Positions 36,613 to 46,645 of a stretch of 64,000 bases of DNA are shown in pieces; position 1 is the first letter of the stretch; each line of letters starts with the position of its first letter. Origin of the DNA: a virus. The notes below the pieces were generated by a model, which was not told where the DNA came from, did no database searches, and saw only the letters and a program-made list of their open reading frames with translations. The position numbers and the translations under genes are program-made. The DNA is taken from the IMG/VR virus record IMGVR_UViG_3300032053_000008, one strand, 5' to 3'.

Positions 36613-37520
36613 TATTTTTTACTCCTAAGTATTTCGATTACTTTGTCTTTGCCTGCATAATTCAAAATGTAGTTATTAACGAGATCACGTTCTGATTTGT
36701 TCAGTGTACCCGATCGGCACACGTCATTCAGACTAGCTTTCAAAGCTTCATCCGACATTTCAGCAAAGTTTGGCTGAGCTGCAGCTTGCGCGGCAGGAGC
36801 TTCGCTTTTTGAGATGTACTGGATTTCAGAAGTGATTGCTTTTCTTACTGGTTGGGCAAGAATTTTAACCGCTTGCAGAGCTTTATCAAGGCCAGCTTTG
36901 AGTTCGTCATTGCTTTTCTTTAAGTCTGCAACTTCCTTGGCCAAACCATTGGTTTCTGATTTTTTCATAGCTGGTGAACTCATTTCACCGCATTTGTCCA
37001 TTTCTTCTTTAGCTATCCCAGCCTTAATTTGGCCGCCGTTTGCTTCAGGAGCTTTTTCGGCTTTGGAGTATTGCTGCTGGAGCAATCCACGGATAACCAT
37101 ATAGTGGCGCTCTAGCTCTTCTGGAGCCATAGAGCTATACACTTGCTGAAGTTCTTCATCAGACAAATTCTGGTCTTGAGCAGGATCTTGGCCTTCTTGA
37201 CCTGGTTCCTGTTGTTCTTGACCTGGCTGTTCTTGTCCTTCTTGACCTTCAGCTCCTTCTGCCATTCCTTCACCAGCTTCTGGCGCTTCTTGTACTGAAG
37301 CTTGATCTTCAGCACCAGCAGCGGCTGGAGCTTGGGCTCCAGCATCAGCGGCGGGGGCGGCAGGTGCAGCTGGGGCCGGGGCAGCAGCAGCTTGGTCGGC
37401 TGGAGCTTCCTGGTCGTCGCCAAAACCCTTAGACAGATCTTCAGACTTTTTCATGGCTTCAGCAAAAGCTGAGTCAAGGTCTGCAAGAAGATCGTCCAGG
37501 CTCACCTGTACGTTTTTCAT
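36612..37520 (-). CDS. Capsid scaffold protein
   Basis: Acidic, Ala/Gln/Glu-rich coiled coil directly upstream of the capsid gene; several KSE motifs. Confidence 0.7.
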   Translation of the reverse strand: MKNVQVSLDDLLADLDSAFAEAMKKSEDLSKGFGDDQEAPADQAAAAPAPAAPAAPAADAGAQAPAAAGAEDQASVQEAPEAGEGMAEGAEGQEGQEQPGQEQQEPGQEGQDPAQDQNLSDEELQQVYSSMAPEELERHYMVIRGLLQQQYSKAEKAPEANGGQIKAGIAKEEMDKCGEMSSPAMKKSETNGLAKEVADLKKSNDELKAGLDKALQAVKILAQPVRKAITSEIQYISKSEAPAAQAAAQPNFAEMSDEALKASLNDVCRSGTLNKSERDLVNNYILNYAGKDKVIEILRSKK

Positions 37521-37538
37521 GCTACGCGCTCCTTAAAC

Positions 37539-38006
37539 TTACATTTGTTGTGTAAGTGGGTTGATATAATCGCTTGGGATAGTAGCATCAAGTGTAGGTG
37601 TCAAGGCCAACACAGCAGCAAAATCAGCAGCAGACTCAACGCCTGTAGCCGAATACATTTGAATTTTTGTTCCAAGTTGGCCGATAGCAGCCAAAACTTG
37701 GCCAGCCAAAGCAGCTTGAGCAGCGCTAGAAGTAGCAAAGGCTTCTTGGTAGAATTTGCAAACGTGTGGGGTGTACACAGTTTGTGGCATGCCTAAAGAA
37801 TTGACAGTGCCTTGAGCTTCACTTTGAGCAAAGTCTGTTTCGATCAACAGCCACTCAAAAGCGCCAGTCGTGCCAAGCTGAAGAACCGGGAAGCCTTTAG
37901 CATCCAAGGTAGCGCTAGCAACAGGAACGCCGGTCAATTTAAGACGAACAGCCAAGTCACGAGACATCGCTTTGGCTTTGTCTACTACGTAAGTTTCAAG
38001 TGCCAT
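37539..38006 (-). CDS. Hypothetical virion protein (possible head decoration)
   Basis: Start moved to MALETYV (GGAG RBS); first gene of the scaffold-capsid operon. Confidence 0.55.
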   Translation of the reverse strand: MALETYVVDKAKAMSRDLAVRLKLTGVPVASATLDAKGFPVLQLGTTGAFEWLLIETDFAQSEAQGTVNSLGMPQTVYTPHVCKFYQEAFATSSAAQAALAGQVLAAIGQLGTKIQMYSATGVESAADFAAVLALTPTLDATIPSDYINPLTQQM

Positions 38007-38135
38007 TTTTTTACTCCGTAAAATGGTTATATAGAAAAACGAATAAAAGCTTTCCATACGGCATAACGCCAATAGAAAGCTTAGGTTATTTTTTTTATTT
38101 TGATGAAAAAGCTATATAAGACTATGATTTTACTG

Positions 38136-38606
38136 TTAAAAAGACCATCTATATTGATCAATTACTAAGTCAGGTGATGTACTTAATCCGGCTGCAAACA
38201 CATGACTAGCTGGGTTATTTTGGCTTTTAGCTATTTTCATATCTACAGGACTGAGGCCACGTCTCTTGGCCCATGACAAAGCCGCCTTTTTTACGTCTTC
38301 AGGTACATCTGCTCCAAATTCCATTTTAACTACGCCATTTTTATGGGTAGTTACTCCCATCTCATTTTTAGCTAAAGGTGCGTTTTCTGTAAGTCTTTTT
38401 ACTAAAAGATCTCTAAATTCTTGATATATTTCATGTTTTTTTGCTGGTTCTAAAGTATTGATTTTAGTTGACATTAAATGTTTCATCCAGGCATGAAACT
38501 TTGATTTAAGCTTTGGGGGGAGGTTGGTTACTCCAGCGTGACCTTTTGATCCTGCTTTACCTGTCCAAGCTTTAACTAGTTCCATACTCAAGCTATCTAT
38601 ATCCAT
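38136..38606 (-). CDS. Hypothetical head-cluster protein
   Basis: GAGGT RBS, upstream AATCTTACCCTTA; LVKA, LAKNE and IAKSQ motifs. Confidence 0.6.
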   Translation of the reverse strand: MDIDSLSMELVKAWTGKAGSKGHAGVTNLPPKLKSKFHAWMKHLMSTKINTLEPAKKHEIYQEFRDLLVKRLTENAPLAKNEMGVTTHKNGVVKMEFGADVPEDVKKAALSWAKRRGLSPVDMKIAKSQNNPASHVFAAGLSTSPDLVIDQYRWSF

Positions 38607-38628
38607 TAAGCACCTCTTAAGGGTAAGA

Positions 38629-41600
38629 TTAAGTAACTGGCTTTTTCCACATCATAAGACTGTTCTTACCAAACGGTCTTTTACTAACTTTTTTGGCCGT
38701 ACCGCTGTCAAAATTCTTTAGCTTATGGTAGTCGGTCTTAGTCCAGCCATTTTCTGGTGGATAGTGGATGTACATATGCTGCAGCCATTGCGGGTAAGGC
38801 TTAGGGTCATTCATACCAGACATATAAGCTCTAACATCGTGTCCATGCATATACAAACCTTTGACACCGGCCTTTTTGGCTGTGTCATTAACGGCTTGGT
38901 GCGCGGCATCTAACCACCCAGAAGTTAAGTCTTGGATTTTTTTAGCATATTTGCCAAACTCTTCTATTGAGTAACTTTTACCGTTTATTACAATAGATTT
39001 ATGGCCTTTTTTGGCTATATCATCCAGCTCTTTTCTTAGACCAGCCGAAAAGTCTGATTGAGTCTCTTCAATTAGCCAGTTTTCTGGATCTGATGTATCC
39101 ACCCTAGCCCAACCTACTGTATAAGGACCATTAGGGTGATCGCTGTATCTGCCAGATTCATTTATGTAGTCGTAAACGTTCTTTAGGTCTTTGTCTTCAA
39201 TAATAGCTTTTTGGAGTTTTTCGTTAGCATTAACCTGAACTACTAAATTGTTTTGGTCAGAGTGTCTTTGGGCTCCATCCCATTTAGTGTAAGTAACTTT
39301 GTAATTGTCCTGGTTATTAACTATAGCTTTGTTGACTAGCTCTGGAGTCATTGTGTGCTTTGGTGATGCCAAAAAAGCGTCTTGTATCTTTTTGTTGTTG
39401 GCTAACTTAGGAGCAGTCCGTTTAAAAGTGCCCCAATCCATACCTTCAGGTGGAATGATGGAACTAAGCTCCTGGAACAGGTGCCCCGTCTTAGATGCAT
39501 TTACCGACGAAACAGTTGGTTGCCCTTTGATGTTTAGATTTTTTGTGTCAGGTATCCTTGGAGTAAGGTCGTTAAACATGTTGAGGCCATGAGGAACAAC
39601 ATTAAAAACTGGGCTCCACTCTTTTCCAACTTCAAAAACATGGTCATAGGTTGGATTGTTTCTCAGTCTGGTCCTTAAATAGTCAAATTCTGTTTTTGTC
39701 AATTTAGGGTTTTGGATAAGTGTATGGGTGTCATAGCTACGGTCAAAAAGGTCAGCTATAGATTGTTTGGACAGCTTATCGGATATTACTAAATCTTTTA
39801 AATTTACATCAGGGATATCGTAAAGGTTCTTATGGAAAAAAGCTTCCGATTCTGGTGAATCTTTTACAAATTTATAAGTTGACGGGTCAAGATCGCTTAG
39901 ATGCTCTGCTTGAAACTGTGGGCTACCGCCACCAGCCTGAACTATATCATCAATAGCTTCCGGAAGCTGATCGATTTGTTTATCTGTTAAGTGAGGGGCT
40001 ATTCCCTTCAAAGATCCAGTATAAAGATGTCCTACCGTTTTACTTCTTAGAGTTTTAGCCCATTGAACCCATTTGTCTATAGCTTCCGAGATATGACTTG
40101 GGTCCATTTTTCTGACTACATCGGAAACATGTGACATCATTTCATTAGCTTCTGATGCACTCATGTCTATGCCACTAATAACATCAGGTATGGGCATGTT
40201 GTCTGGATGAATCTTTTGGTGTCTTAGCAAAAACATACCGTTTGGTTCACTAGCCATCTTACGATGGACAGACGGACTAAACTCTGCATTTGATGCAAAT
40301 TTTATATTAAAATCGGGATCATAGTGATTTTTTGTAGCTTCTAGAAGTTTATCGGTATTAGGACCTGTCAATTTCACATCATTGAGTTCTAGTTCTCTGT
40401 CAAAAATGTTTTCGTAAATTTCATCCGATATGCCGTCATTTCGGATATGATCGGCAATATGACCCAGAAGATCGTTAGATGTCTGAGCGTTTGTTTGGCT
40501 TTGTTTACCATTACCAGACTTTTGCAGATACTGGAAAAGGTAGTCCATGCTTTGGTCATACAAAAGTCTTTGTCTTTTATCTTTGTCGTTTACCATTTGG
40601 GAAACAACATGGTCCATAACTGTTCCCTGATTAGCTTTTTCATCTGAGGCGCTATTGATAAGTCTGGTTAAACTTCCTGCGTCAAGTTTGGAGTTAAGAT
40701 GACTAGCTAGTTTGGTAGAATACTCTGGACCCATTTTGTCAGCATTTTGTTTAAGCAATGGATGAATATCGTCCCACTGCATTAGGTCTGCAGGCAAAAT
40801 GTCTATGGTTTTGTCTACTAATTGGGCAAAACCGTCTTTACTTAGTTTAGAATAGCCAGAGTGGATTACACTAAGAGCCTGATTAGCGTTGTTTATATGA
40901 GGTATCAACTTAATGGCCAAAGAAGGGTTAATGTTTTTAGCTATAGGGCTGTTGTTATTAATTTCCTGAAAAATATCATTAAGTTGGCCAAATTGTTTTT
41001 CGTTAGCATTGGCAGCTTGGCTTGAACCTAGCAACTTAGATGCAGCAAAAGACTCCAATTCACTCTTATTGGGCAAACCTGTACCTTCCGAAGAACCTAA
41101 AAGGCGACTGGTTACATCCAGGGAAGTAGAATAAGACTTACCGGTAATTTCCCCAGGCTTGTTCATAATAGCTTCGGCGGTGTCTTCTGGGTTCATTTTG
41201 CCGCTAGTATGAAGCATAGACAAAGCTTTAGACCACTGGTCATCATCAGACATTACATTAAGAAATGACTTAAGCTGAACCGAGTTTGATTTTTTCTTTG
41301 TTTCAAGTATCTTAGGGATATCTTTGACAAATTTTGCTTGAGCTTCTGGCGAGGCAGTTCCATCTGGAGTGTGGCTAGCCATTTTGGCTGCTGTGCCATA
41401 GTCTCCTAGTTCTAGTGCTTTGTCGGTCATATGACTAAAAACCGGTCCTTTGGATGCTTCTGGCAATTTGTCTACTATATTAGCCACTAAGCTGATTTTC
41501 TTAGGGTGTTTTGCTATAAATTGGTTAATAGCATCCATAGCAACAGCATGGTGCTTTTGTTCTGAATAGTTTCCTTCTACATCAGTAAAAGCCTCTTTGT

Positions 41601-44418
41601 TGCTTAAGGATTTGGCTACCAGTTTAGAGGCATCTAGTTCAGTTTTACCGGCACCAATAAGTTGACCTATTGTTTGGGAAATTTCTTGGTCACTGGCTCC
41701 CTTAAAGACATCGTTATTGCGTAAAATATCGTCAAGATATTCTGTTCCGGTGTCTTGTTTGTGGAACTTCATCAAAGAGTCTAAATACGGCTTTATGTGA
41801 CCAAAAGGTTTATCGGATTTAAAAGATCTACGGAGTTCTGTTGCAAGCATGTCTTCGTTTTGATGAACATGCTTGGCTGTTTGTTGGTCATTTAAAATGC
41901 CATACTTGTGCATTTGCTGTATAATCGGATGACCTTCTGGTGCTGTGTCTATAAGATCTGACAACAAGTTTTGATGTTCTGGTTTCGGATCATATCTATT
42001 AAAAACAGCTGAATAAGCATCATGCCGATTTTGACCAGAACTGTCCAAAAAGTCATGTAAAAACTGCTTTTTTTCTTGATCAGGCAAGTTACTTTCATGC
42101 AAATTTGGAATCAAATTTCTAGTATATGCGCTAAGCTGTTGAGTTCCTGGCATAAATTCGTCTTTGTCGGCACCAGCCTTTTGGCTAAGCGACTTTAAAT
42201 GTTCCCGGTATTGCGGGTCTTCCAATACGCCTGGAATTTCAGTCATCTTACTAGCAAGACGAGATGCACTTTGGGTGTCACCGTTTTGGATTTCTTGGGC
42301 CATAACTGAGTTAATATGGTGCATCAGTTGAGGAGTTGGCTTGTTGTCCTGGATCATGCCAGACTGTTCAAGGTTTTTAATAAGGTAGTATTCGTTAAGG
42401 TTGTGACCTTCGGTGTTGCTCAAAACCTTGGTAATCTCTTGGTCGTTAAGTTTGTGTGGGTATTCATTTTCATGGTATTGGTCTATCCATGCGTCAGAAT
42501 TTTGGCGAATTTTTTGGTGATGATCTTCGTTTAGGTAGTCAATATTGGCAATAGCAGACATGGGCAACCCATATCTTGGGCCATGCTTAATTGTTGTGTC
42601 TATGGCGTCATGTATGAGATCGTCTCTTTTTTGGCCACGGTCCATGTTGTCCATATGACTAACAAATGATCTATGAACGGTAGGACTAGCTAAGGTTTGT
42701 CTCATAAAACCTTCACCCTTTTGTGCGTCAACTTTTTTAGCTATTTCAGCCCTAACGCTTGGAGGAAGATTATTGTTTTCCATCATTGTGTGTAACAGTC
42801 TAGGCAATACAGAATAGTCGTCTTTTTGCAACGCCGCGTCTGTTAGGTCGTTGGCTACTTTTGGTGAATAATTACCAAATCTTATTACTTTATGGCTTAA
42901 ATCATAGTCATGTTCACCAAATTTAGTAACAATATCAGACATATTGTCCTTGATGCCCTTGTCAACTACTTCTTGGACTCCTGGATAAGAGTTGATCATT
43001 TCTAAATCTGATAAGTTTCCGTCTTTTTTAATAGTTTCCAAGCTTTTGTGTAGCTTGTCACCAGATAAAAGGCCGCTTTTAATGGCGTGATTCAAAATGT
43101 TATATTTGTCATTTGAGGTGCCATGAGGCATAGACAGAGCTTTGTCTACTCCAGCTATAACAGTTTCTTTGTGGTCAGGATTTTCTGCTATTCTTTCACT
43201 TATATCATATAGATCAGGTTTGCCGGTTTTAATATGATCGGCTGCTACACTATCTGGCAAATGTTTGCTGTGAAAAGCTTGTAGGGCTATTTCTTGGTCA
43301 TCTCCATCTAAAGCTTTTCTAAGATGATCTTGGTTGTCTGTAGTTCTAATTATCCTAGATCTAGTTTCTTTGTCGCCATGGTTAAAGGCGTGGTCAACAA
43401 TATAAGAAGGTGATTCTTTATAATATTTTTTGAATGCATGCTTGTCCTGGATTTCTCTAGGTAACGTCTGGAAAAGCTGCTCTTTGTCTTGGTCAGATAG
43501 CTTAGGGTGTTCGGTGACGCTATTATAACCGTGCCGATAAAGCTCCGCCTCTTGGTCTTTTGTTAGATTTTCGTTTTCCTGGAAGTTTCTAATGGCTTTT
43601 TCGTCGCCGTTGCGTAAAAAACCCTTAAACATTTCGTCAGGTATTCTGGCGTGAGCCTGGGCTGCTGAAGAAATGTCTTGTCTGTCACTTTTAAGTGATT
43701 TGGCTACATAGTTTGCTGGCAAGTTTGGGTGCGCAATTAACGAATTGAATCCCCTTGTTTCACCTTTGTCAATAGCTTTGTCGGCTACGCTAGTTAAAAT
43801 CTCTGGCGGCGAGTTTTGCTGTTCACCGAAAAATCTCATGGGGCTATAGTGGTGCTGTTCTACGAAATCTTTGTGATCTGCTAGCTCTTGGGCCGTGTGT
43901 TGAATTTTTGGTCCAAGGCTTTCATCTATTATGGTTGAGATGTGTTCAGGGTAAGAATATGCAGGTCCAGCTTCGCCAGCAGCTAACCTTTGGGTAAAGG
44001 TGCGTAGCTCTGGTAGTGGCATATGTAGGGTATCAATTTGTGTGTTATTGTCTTCAGATTCTTGGTTTTTTTTCATAAAAGCTATAAGCTTGTCATGATC
44101 CAAGCCAGGGGTATCCGCAACTCTTTTAACGGTTCTTGTTACAACATCTTTAGGTTCTATTGCACCGCTATTATACTGATCCATAAAATGGTTAGAATGG
44201 TCAGCATCATGCAAGCCACTATTAAAAGCGTGAAAAAGTAAAGAAGGTTGAATTTCTTTATTTTCAGGCTTCCAGGCGGCAGTATATAGTTTTTGGGTGT
44301 GGCTTTTGTCCCAATTGTCGGAACCAGAAACGGCTATTAAATGTGAGCTATTTTTTGTTTGAATATATTTGTCAATAATGTCGTGAATCTTTTCGCTTTT
44401 TTCTGGTGTATCAGTCAT
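38629..44418 (-). CDS. Giant helical-repeat protein with C-terminal EETQSD (GNAT-fold-like) domain; probable internal virion protein
   Basis: 1929 aa, His/Asp-rich; HPNLP/HPKLS/NPKLT helical repeats; C-terminal GWARVD..LIEETQSD..AKKAGVKGLYM. Confidence 0.55.
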   Translation of the reverse strand: MTDTPEKSEKIHDIIDKYIQTKNSSHLIAVSGSDNWDKSHTQKLYTAAWKPENKEIQPSLLFHAFNSGLHDADHSNHFMDQYNSGAIEPKDVVTRTVKRVADTPGLDHDKLIAFMKKNQESEDNNTQIDTLHMPLPELRTFTQRLAAGEAGPAYSYPEHISTIIDESLGPKIQHTAQELADHKDFVEQHHYSPMRFFGEQQNSPPEILTSVADKAIDKGETRGFNSLIAHPNLPANYVAKSLKSDRQDISSAAQAHARIPDEMFKGFLRNGDEKAIRNFQENENLTKDQEAELYRHGYNSVTEHPKLSDQDKEQLFQTLPREIQDKHAFKKYYKESPSYIVDHAFNHGDKETRSRIIRTTDNQDHLRKALDGDDQEIALQAFHSKHLPDSVAADHIKTGKPDLYDISERIAENPDHKETVIAGVDKALSMPHGTSNDKYNILNHAIKSGLLSGDKLHKSLETIKKDGNLSDLEMINSYPGVQEVVDKGIKDNMSDIVTKFGEHDYDLSHKVIRFGNYSPKVANDLTDAALQKDDYSVLPRLLHTMMENNNLPPSVRAEIAKKVDAQKGEGFMRQTLASPTVHRSFVSHMDNMDRGQKRDDLIHDAIDTTIKHGPRYGLPMSAIANIDYLNEDHHQKIRQNSDAWIDQYHENEYPHKLNDQEITKVLSNTEGHNLNEYYLIKNLEQSGMIQDNKPTPQLMHHINSVMAQEIQNGDTQSASRLASKMTEIPGVLEDPQYREHLKSLSQKAGADKDEFMPGTQQLSAYTRNLIPNLHESNLPDQEKKQFLHDFLDSSGQNRHDAYSAVFNRYDPKPEHQNLLSDLIDTAPEGHPIIQQMHKYGILNDQQTAKHVHQNEDMLATELRRSFKSDKPFGHIKPYLDSLMKFHKQDTGTEYLDDILRNNDVFKGASDQEISQTIGQLIGAGKTELDASKLVAKSLSNKEAFTDVEGNYSEQKHHAVAMDAINQFIAKHPKKISLVANIVDKLPEASKGPVFSHMTDKALELGDYGTAAKMASHTPDGTASPEAQAKFVKDIPKILETKKKSNSVQLKSFLNVMSDDDQWSKALSMLHTSGKMNPEDTAEAIMNKPGEITGKSYSTSLDVTSRLLGSSEGTGLPNKSELESFAASKLLGSSQAANANEKQFGQLNDIFQEINNNSPIAKNINPSLAIKLIPHINNANQALSVIHSGYSKLSKDGFAQLVDKTIDILPADLMQWDDIHPLLKQNADKMGPEYSTKLASHLNSKLDAGSLTRLINSASDEKANQGTVMDHVVSQMVNDKDKRQRLLYDQSMDYLFQYLQKSGNGKQSQTNAQTSNDLLGHIADHIRNDGISDEIYENIFDRELELNDVKLTGPNTDKLLEATKNHYDPDFNIKFASNAEFSPSVHRKMASEPNGMFLLRHQKIHPDNMPIPDVISGIDMSASEANEMMSHVSDVVRKMDPSHISEAIDKWVQWAKTLRSKTVGHLYTGSLKGIAPHLTDKQIDQLPEAIDDIVQAGGGSPQFQAEHLSDLDPSTYKFVKDSPESEAFFHKNLYDIPDVNLKDLVISDKLSKQSIADLFDRSYDTHTLIQNPKLTKTEFDYLRTRLRNNPTYDHVFEVGKEWSPVFNVVPHGLNMFNDLTPRIPDTKNLNIKGQPTVSSVNASKTGHLFQELSSIIPPEGMDWGTFKRTAPKLANNKKIQDAFLASPKHTMTPELVNKAIVNNQDNYKVTYTKWDGAQRHSDQNNLVVQVNANEKLQKAIIEDKDLKNVYDYINESGRYSDHPNGPYTVGWARVDTSDPENWLIEETQSDFSAGLRKELDDIAKKGHKSIVINGKSYSIEEFGKYAKKIQDLTSGWLDAAHQAVNDTAKKAGVKGLYMHGHDVRAYMSGMNDPKPYPQWLQHMYIHYPPENGWTKTDYHKLKNFDSGTAKKVSKRPFGKNSLMMWKKPVT

Positions 44419-45013
44419 TTTTTGCCCCGTAAACCATGTCGTTAAGGAGTTTGCGCATTAGCTTTTGATTGTTCTGGTCCAGTTCGCTAAAGTAAGCTTT
44501 TTCGATATGTGGGTCATGTCCATGGGAATAGCTGCCAAGTTCGGTCTTAGACATTTTTTGACTAGCCAAAGAATAGTCATTAAACTGCTGCTGTCTGGCG
44601 TTTCCTACATGGTCTTCAACTGGTCTTGGTATACCCTGAAGCTCATTTGGCATGTCAAGGTTAGCTTTGGATGCCACCTTAAGCTTGCCGGTAGCCAACA
44701 ACTCATGGACGCGCTTGAACTCATCTTGACTAAGCATTCGATTATTAAGGGCAGCGGTTAGTCCATCGGAGGTAATTTCAATTGTGTCGCCATTAGTTAA
44801 ACTATAGGTATGAGATTTTACATTAGGGTTGCTAATGATCTCTAAGCTGTCACTTTCGTCAATAGCGTTGATGCCTGCCATTACACCTTTGGCAAACATC
44901 TTTTGGATCTTACCGCCAGTTTTGTCGTAAGTAAAAAGTAAAGTTTTACCATCAGTGCGAATTTCGGCCAAAGCTTCATTCGTATGAGGAGATTTGATTA
45001 TCAGAGCCTGCAT
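44411..45013 (-). CDS. Hypothetical protein
   Basis: Overlap-coupled between the protease and the giant gene. Confidence 0.6.
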   Translation of the reverse strand: MQALIIKSPHTNEALAEIRTDGKTLLFTYDKTGGKIQKMFAKGVMAGINAIDESDSLEIISNPNVKSHTYSLTNGDTIEITSDGLTAALNNRMLSQDEFKRVHELLATGKLKVASKANLDMPNELQGIPRPVEDHVGNARQQQFNDYSLASQKMSKTELGSYSHGHDPHIEKAYFSELDQNNQKLMRKLLNDMVYGAKND

Positions 45014-46643
45014 TGTTTAACTCTTCAAAAAGCTGGTTGAAAGTCCTGCCGTGAGACTTTTGTTTGATATGGTCCAAATTTCTCTGAGCTTTAGCGGCGT
45101 TAGCTGGCGATGCGCCAGTATTATTAATAAGATACACGTAAAGCTGGGAAGGGTCAAGCTGGTCTAGCCATTCTTGGGTCTGGGGTACTAGCATATCTTC
45201 CCCTAAACCGGAATTTTCCTGGTCGTCATAATAGTCTGAAGGATTTCCGTTAGAAAACTTGTACAAAGGCCCGTTATTGACGTGGGTAATTTGGCCACCA
45301 TTTGCAGCCGTGTCTCCCCAGGTCCTAGATGGATGACCTAGACACAAATCAACTATAGCCATTTGTTGAAGTCGGCCAGTTTGCCTAGCTTGTTGCAAGG
45401 CATTTTGGTAGCCTTCGGTGCCCATTGGCTCATAGTCGTTACAAGAATTGATGCCCAAAACCGTGTTGTATAGACTTGGGTGGTCACACCATGCCGTATT
45501 TGGAGTAATATCTGGTAACTTAAAGAAATTCTTAGCAATTTCATGGTACTTAGTGGCGTCTTTGAATTTGTCTGCCGCCTTTGGGTTGACCGACAGTTTG
45601 ATCAACATTGTGCCATGAGTAGGGCTATTATACAAAAACTTGCTATTTTTGCTTTGCAGTCTTTTCAGTTTTCCAGGTACGTCCTTTTTCATGTCTATCA
45701 TAGGTACAGCCTGCAGGGCTGCATGAGCCAGACTGTCCTGGCTAAATGATGCATTGCCATTAGACAAAGCCGACAAACTAGGTTCAGTTTTCTTTAGGTG
45801 GAGTTCTTGGGTGACGCCTTCAAAGTGATCCAAGTAGTCATCACTTACTTCAGGTAAAGCTGCTTTGAGGATTGGTCGAAGAGGTGATTTTCCATCCCAA
45901 CTGGCTACTATCTTAGCAAGTTTTTTGCGTCTTTCGGGTGACAACCCGGCAAGACTTTCTCTTTGCAAGGCTGAGCCTTGAGTCAAGGTAGATGGAGCTG
46001 CATTGTAGCTGCCAGCCGTAAGAGTTTTCTTAAGGGCCAACACCGCTTCTTTGATTGTTTCTAGTGGGGTAACGGTTTTAGCTATGTCTTCAAAGATAGC
46101 ATCTTCGACTTCAATAGTTCTATAGGAAGGTTCGGTGTCCCATCCCATAGTTTTTTCTATGTCGTCGCCTTCGTAAATATCTGATATTGCTGACTTATTG
46201 CACGGACGAGCGGTTAGTGCAAGTCTTCTACCAACAGATCTCTTTAACTCATATCCTTGTCTTTCTAATGTGGAACCTTCAATAGAAAACCCAACAACCA
46301 TTGGAGTTTTTCTTTTTTGGCAATATCTAAACATTGCCGCACAGGCAACCGCACCTGGATGTTTTTCATCATCAAATAGTTCCGATATTACATACACAAA
46401 AGGAGTTTTGACCTTGTCCCAAAACATTTCCTGGCGCTTGTTATCACAGTCAGACTTTTTCATTATCTTTTTTGCAAAAATAATCTTGCCAACTATATCT
46501 TCTGGTGAGTCATTTTGGTGCTCCCAGTTCACCAAACCACGACCTTCAACTAAGTCAGAGATGTCATGCCCTTCAATATGGAGCATTTCTCCTGAAGAAT
46601 CAATATGTTGCGATGCAGCAATTCCATCGATTTTTAATCCCAA
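44976..46643 (-). CDS. Prohead protease with C-terminal kinase-like extension
   Basis: GIAA..DSSGE, NWEH, GFSIEG, ALTARPCN (HK97/SPO1-type protease), followed by a capsid-arm copy and a degenerate kinase domain. Confidence 0.85.
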   Translation of the reverse strand: MGLKIDGIAASQHIDSSGEMLHIEGHDISDLVEGRGLVNWEHQNDSPEDIVGKIIFAKKIMKKSDCDNKRQEMFWDKVKTPFVYVISELFDDEKHPGAVACAAMFRYCQKRKTPMVVGFSIEGSTLERQGYELKRSVGRRLALTARPCNKSAISDIYEGDDIEKTMGWDTEPSYRTIEVEDAIFEDIAKTVTPLETIKEAVLALKKTLTAGSYNAAPSTLTQGSALQRESLAGLSPERRKKLAKIVASWDGKSPLRPILKAALPEVSDDYLDHFEGVTQELHLKKTEPSLSALSNGNASFSQDSLAHAALQAVPMIDMKKDVPGKLKRLQSKNSKFLYNSPTHGTMLIKLSVNPKAADKFKDATKYHEIAKNFFKLPDITPNTAWCDHPSLYNTVLGINSCNDYEPMGTEGYQNALQQARQTGRLQQMAIVDLCLGHPSRTWGDTAANGGQITHVNNGPLYKFSNGNPSDYYDDQENSGLGEDMLVPQTQEWLDQLDPSQLYVYLINNTGASPANAAKAQRNLDHIKQKSHGRTFNQLFEELNNAGSDNQISSYE

Positions 46644-46645
46644 AA

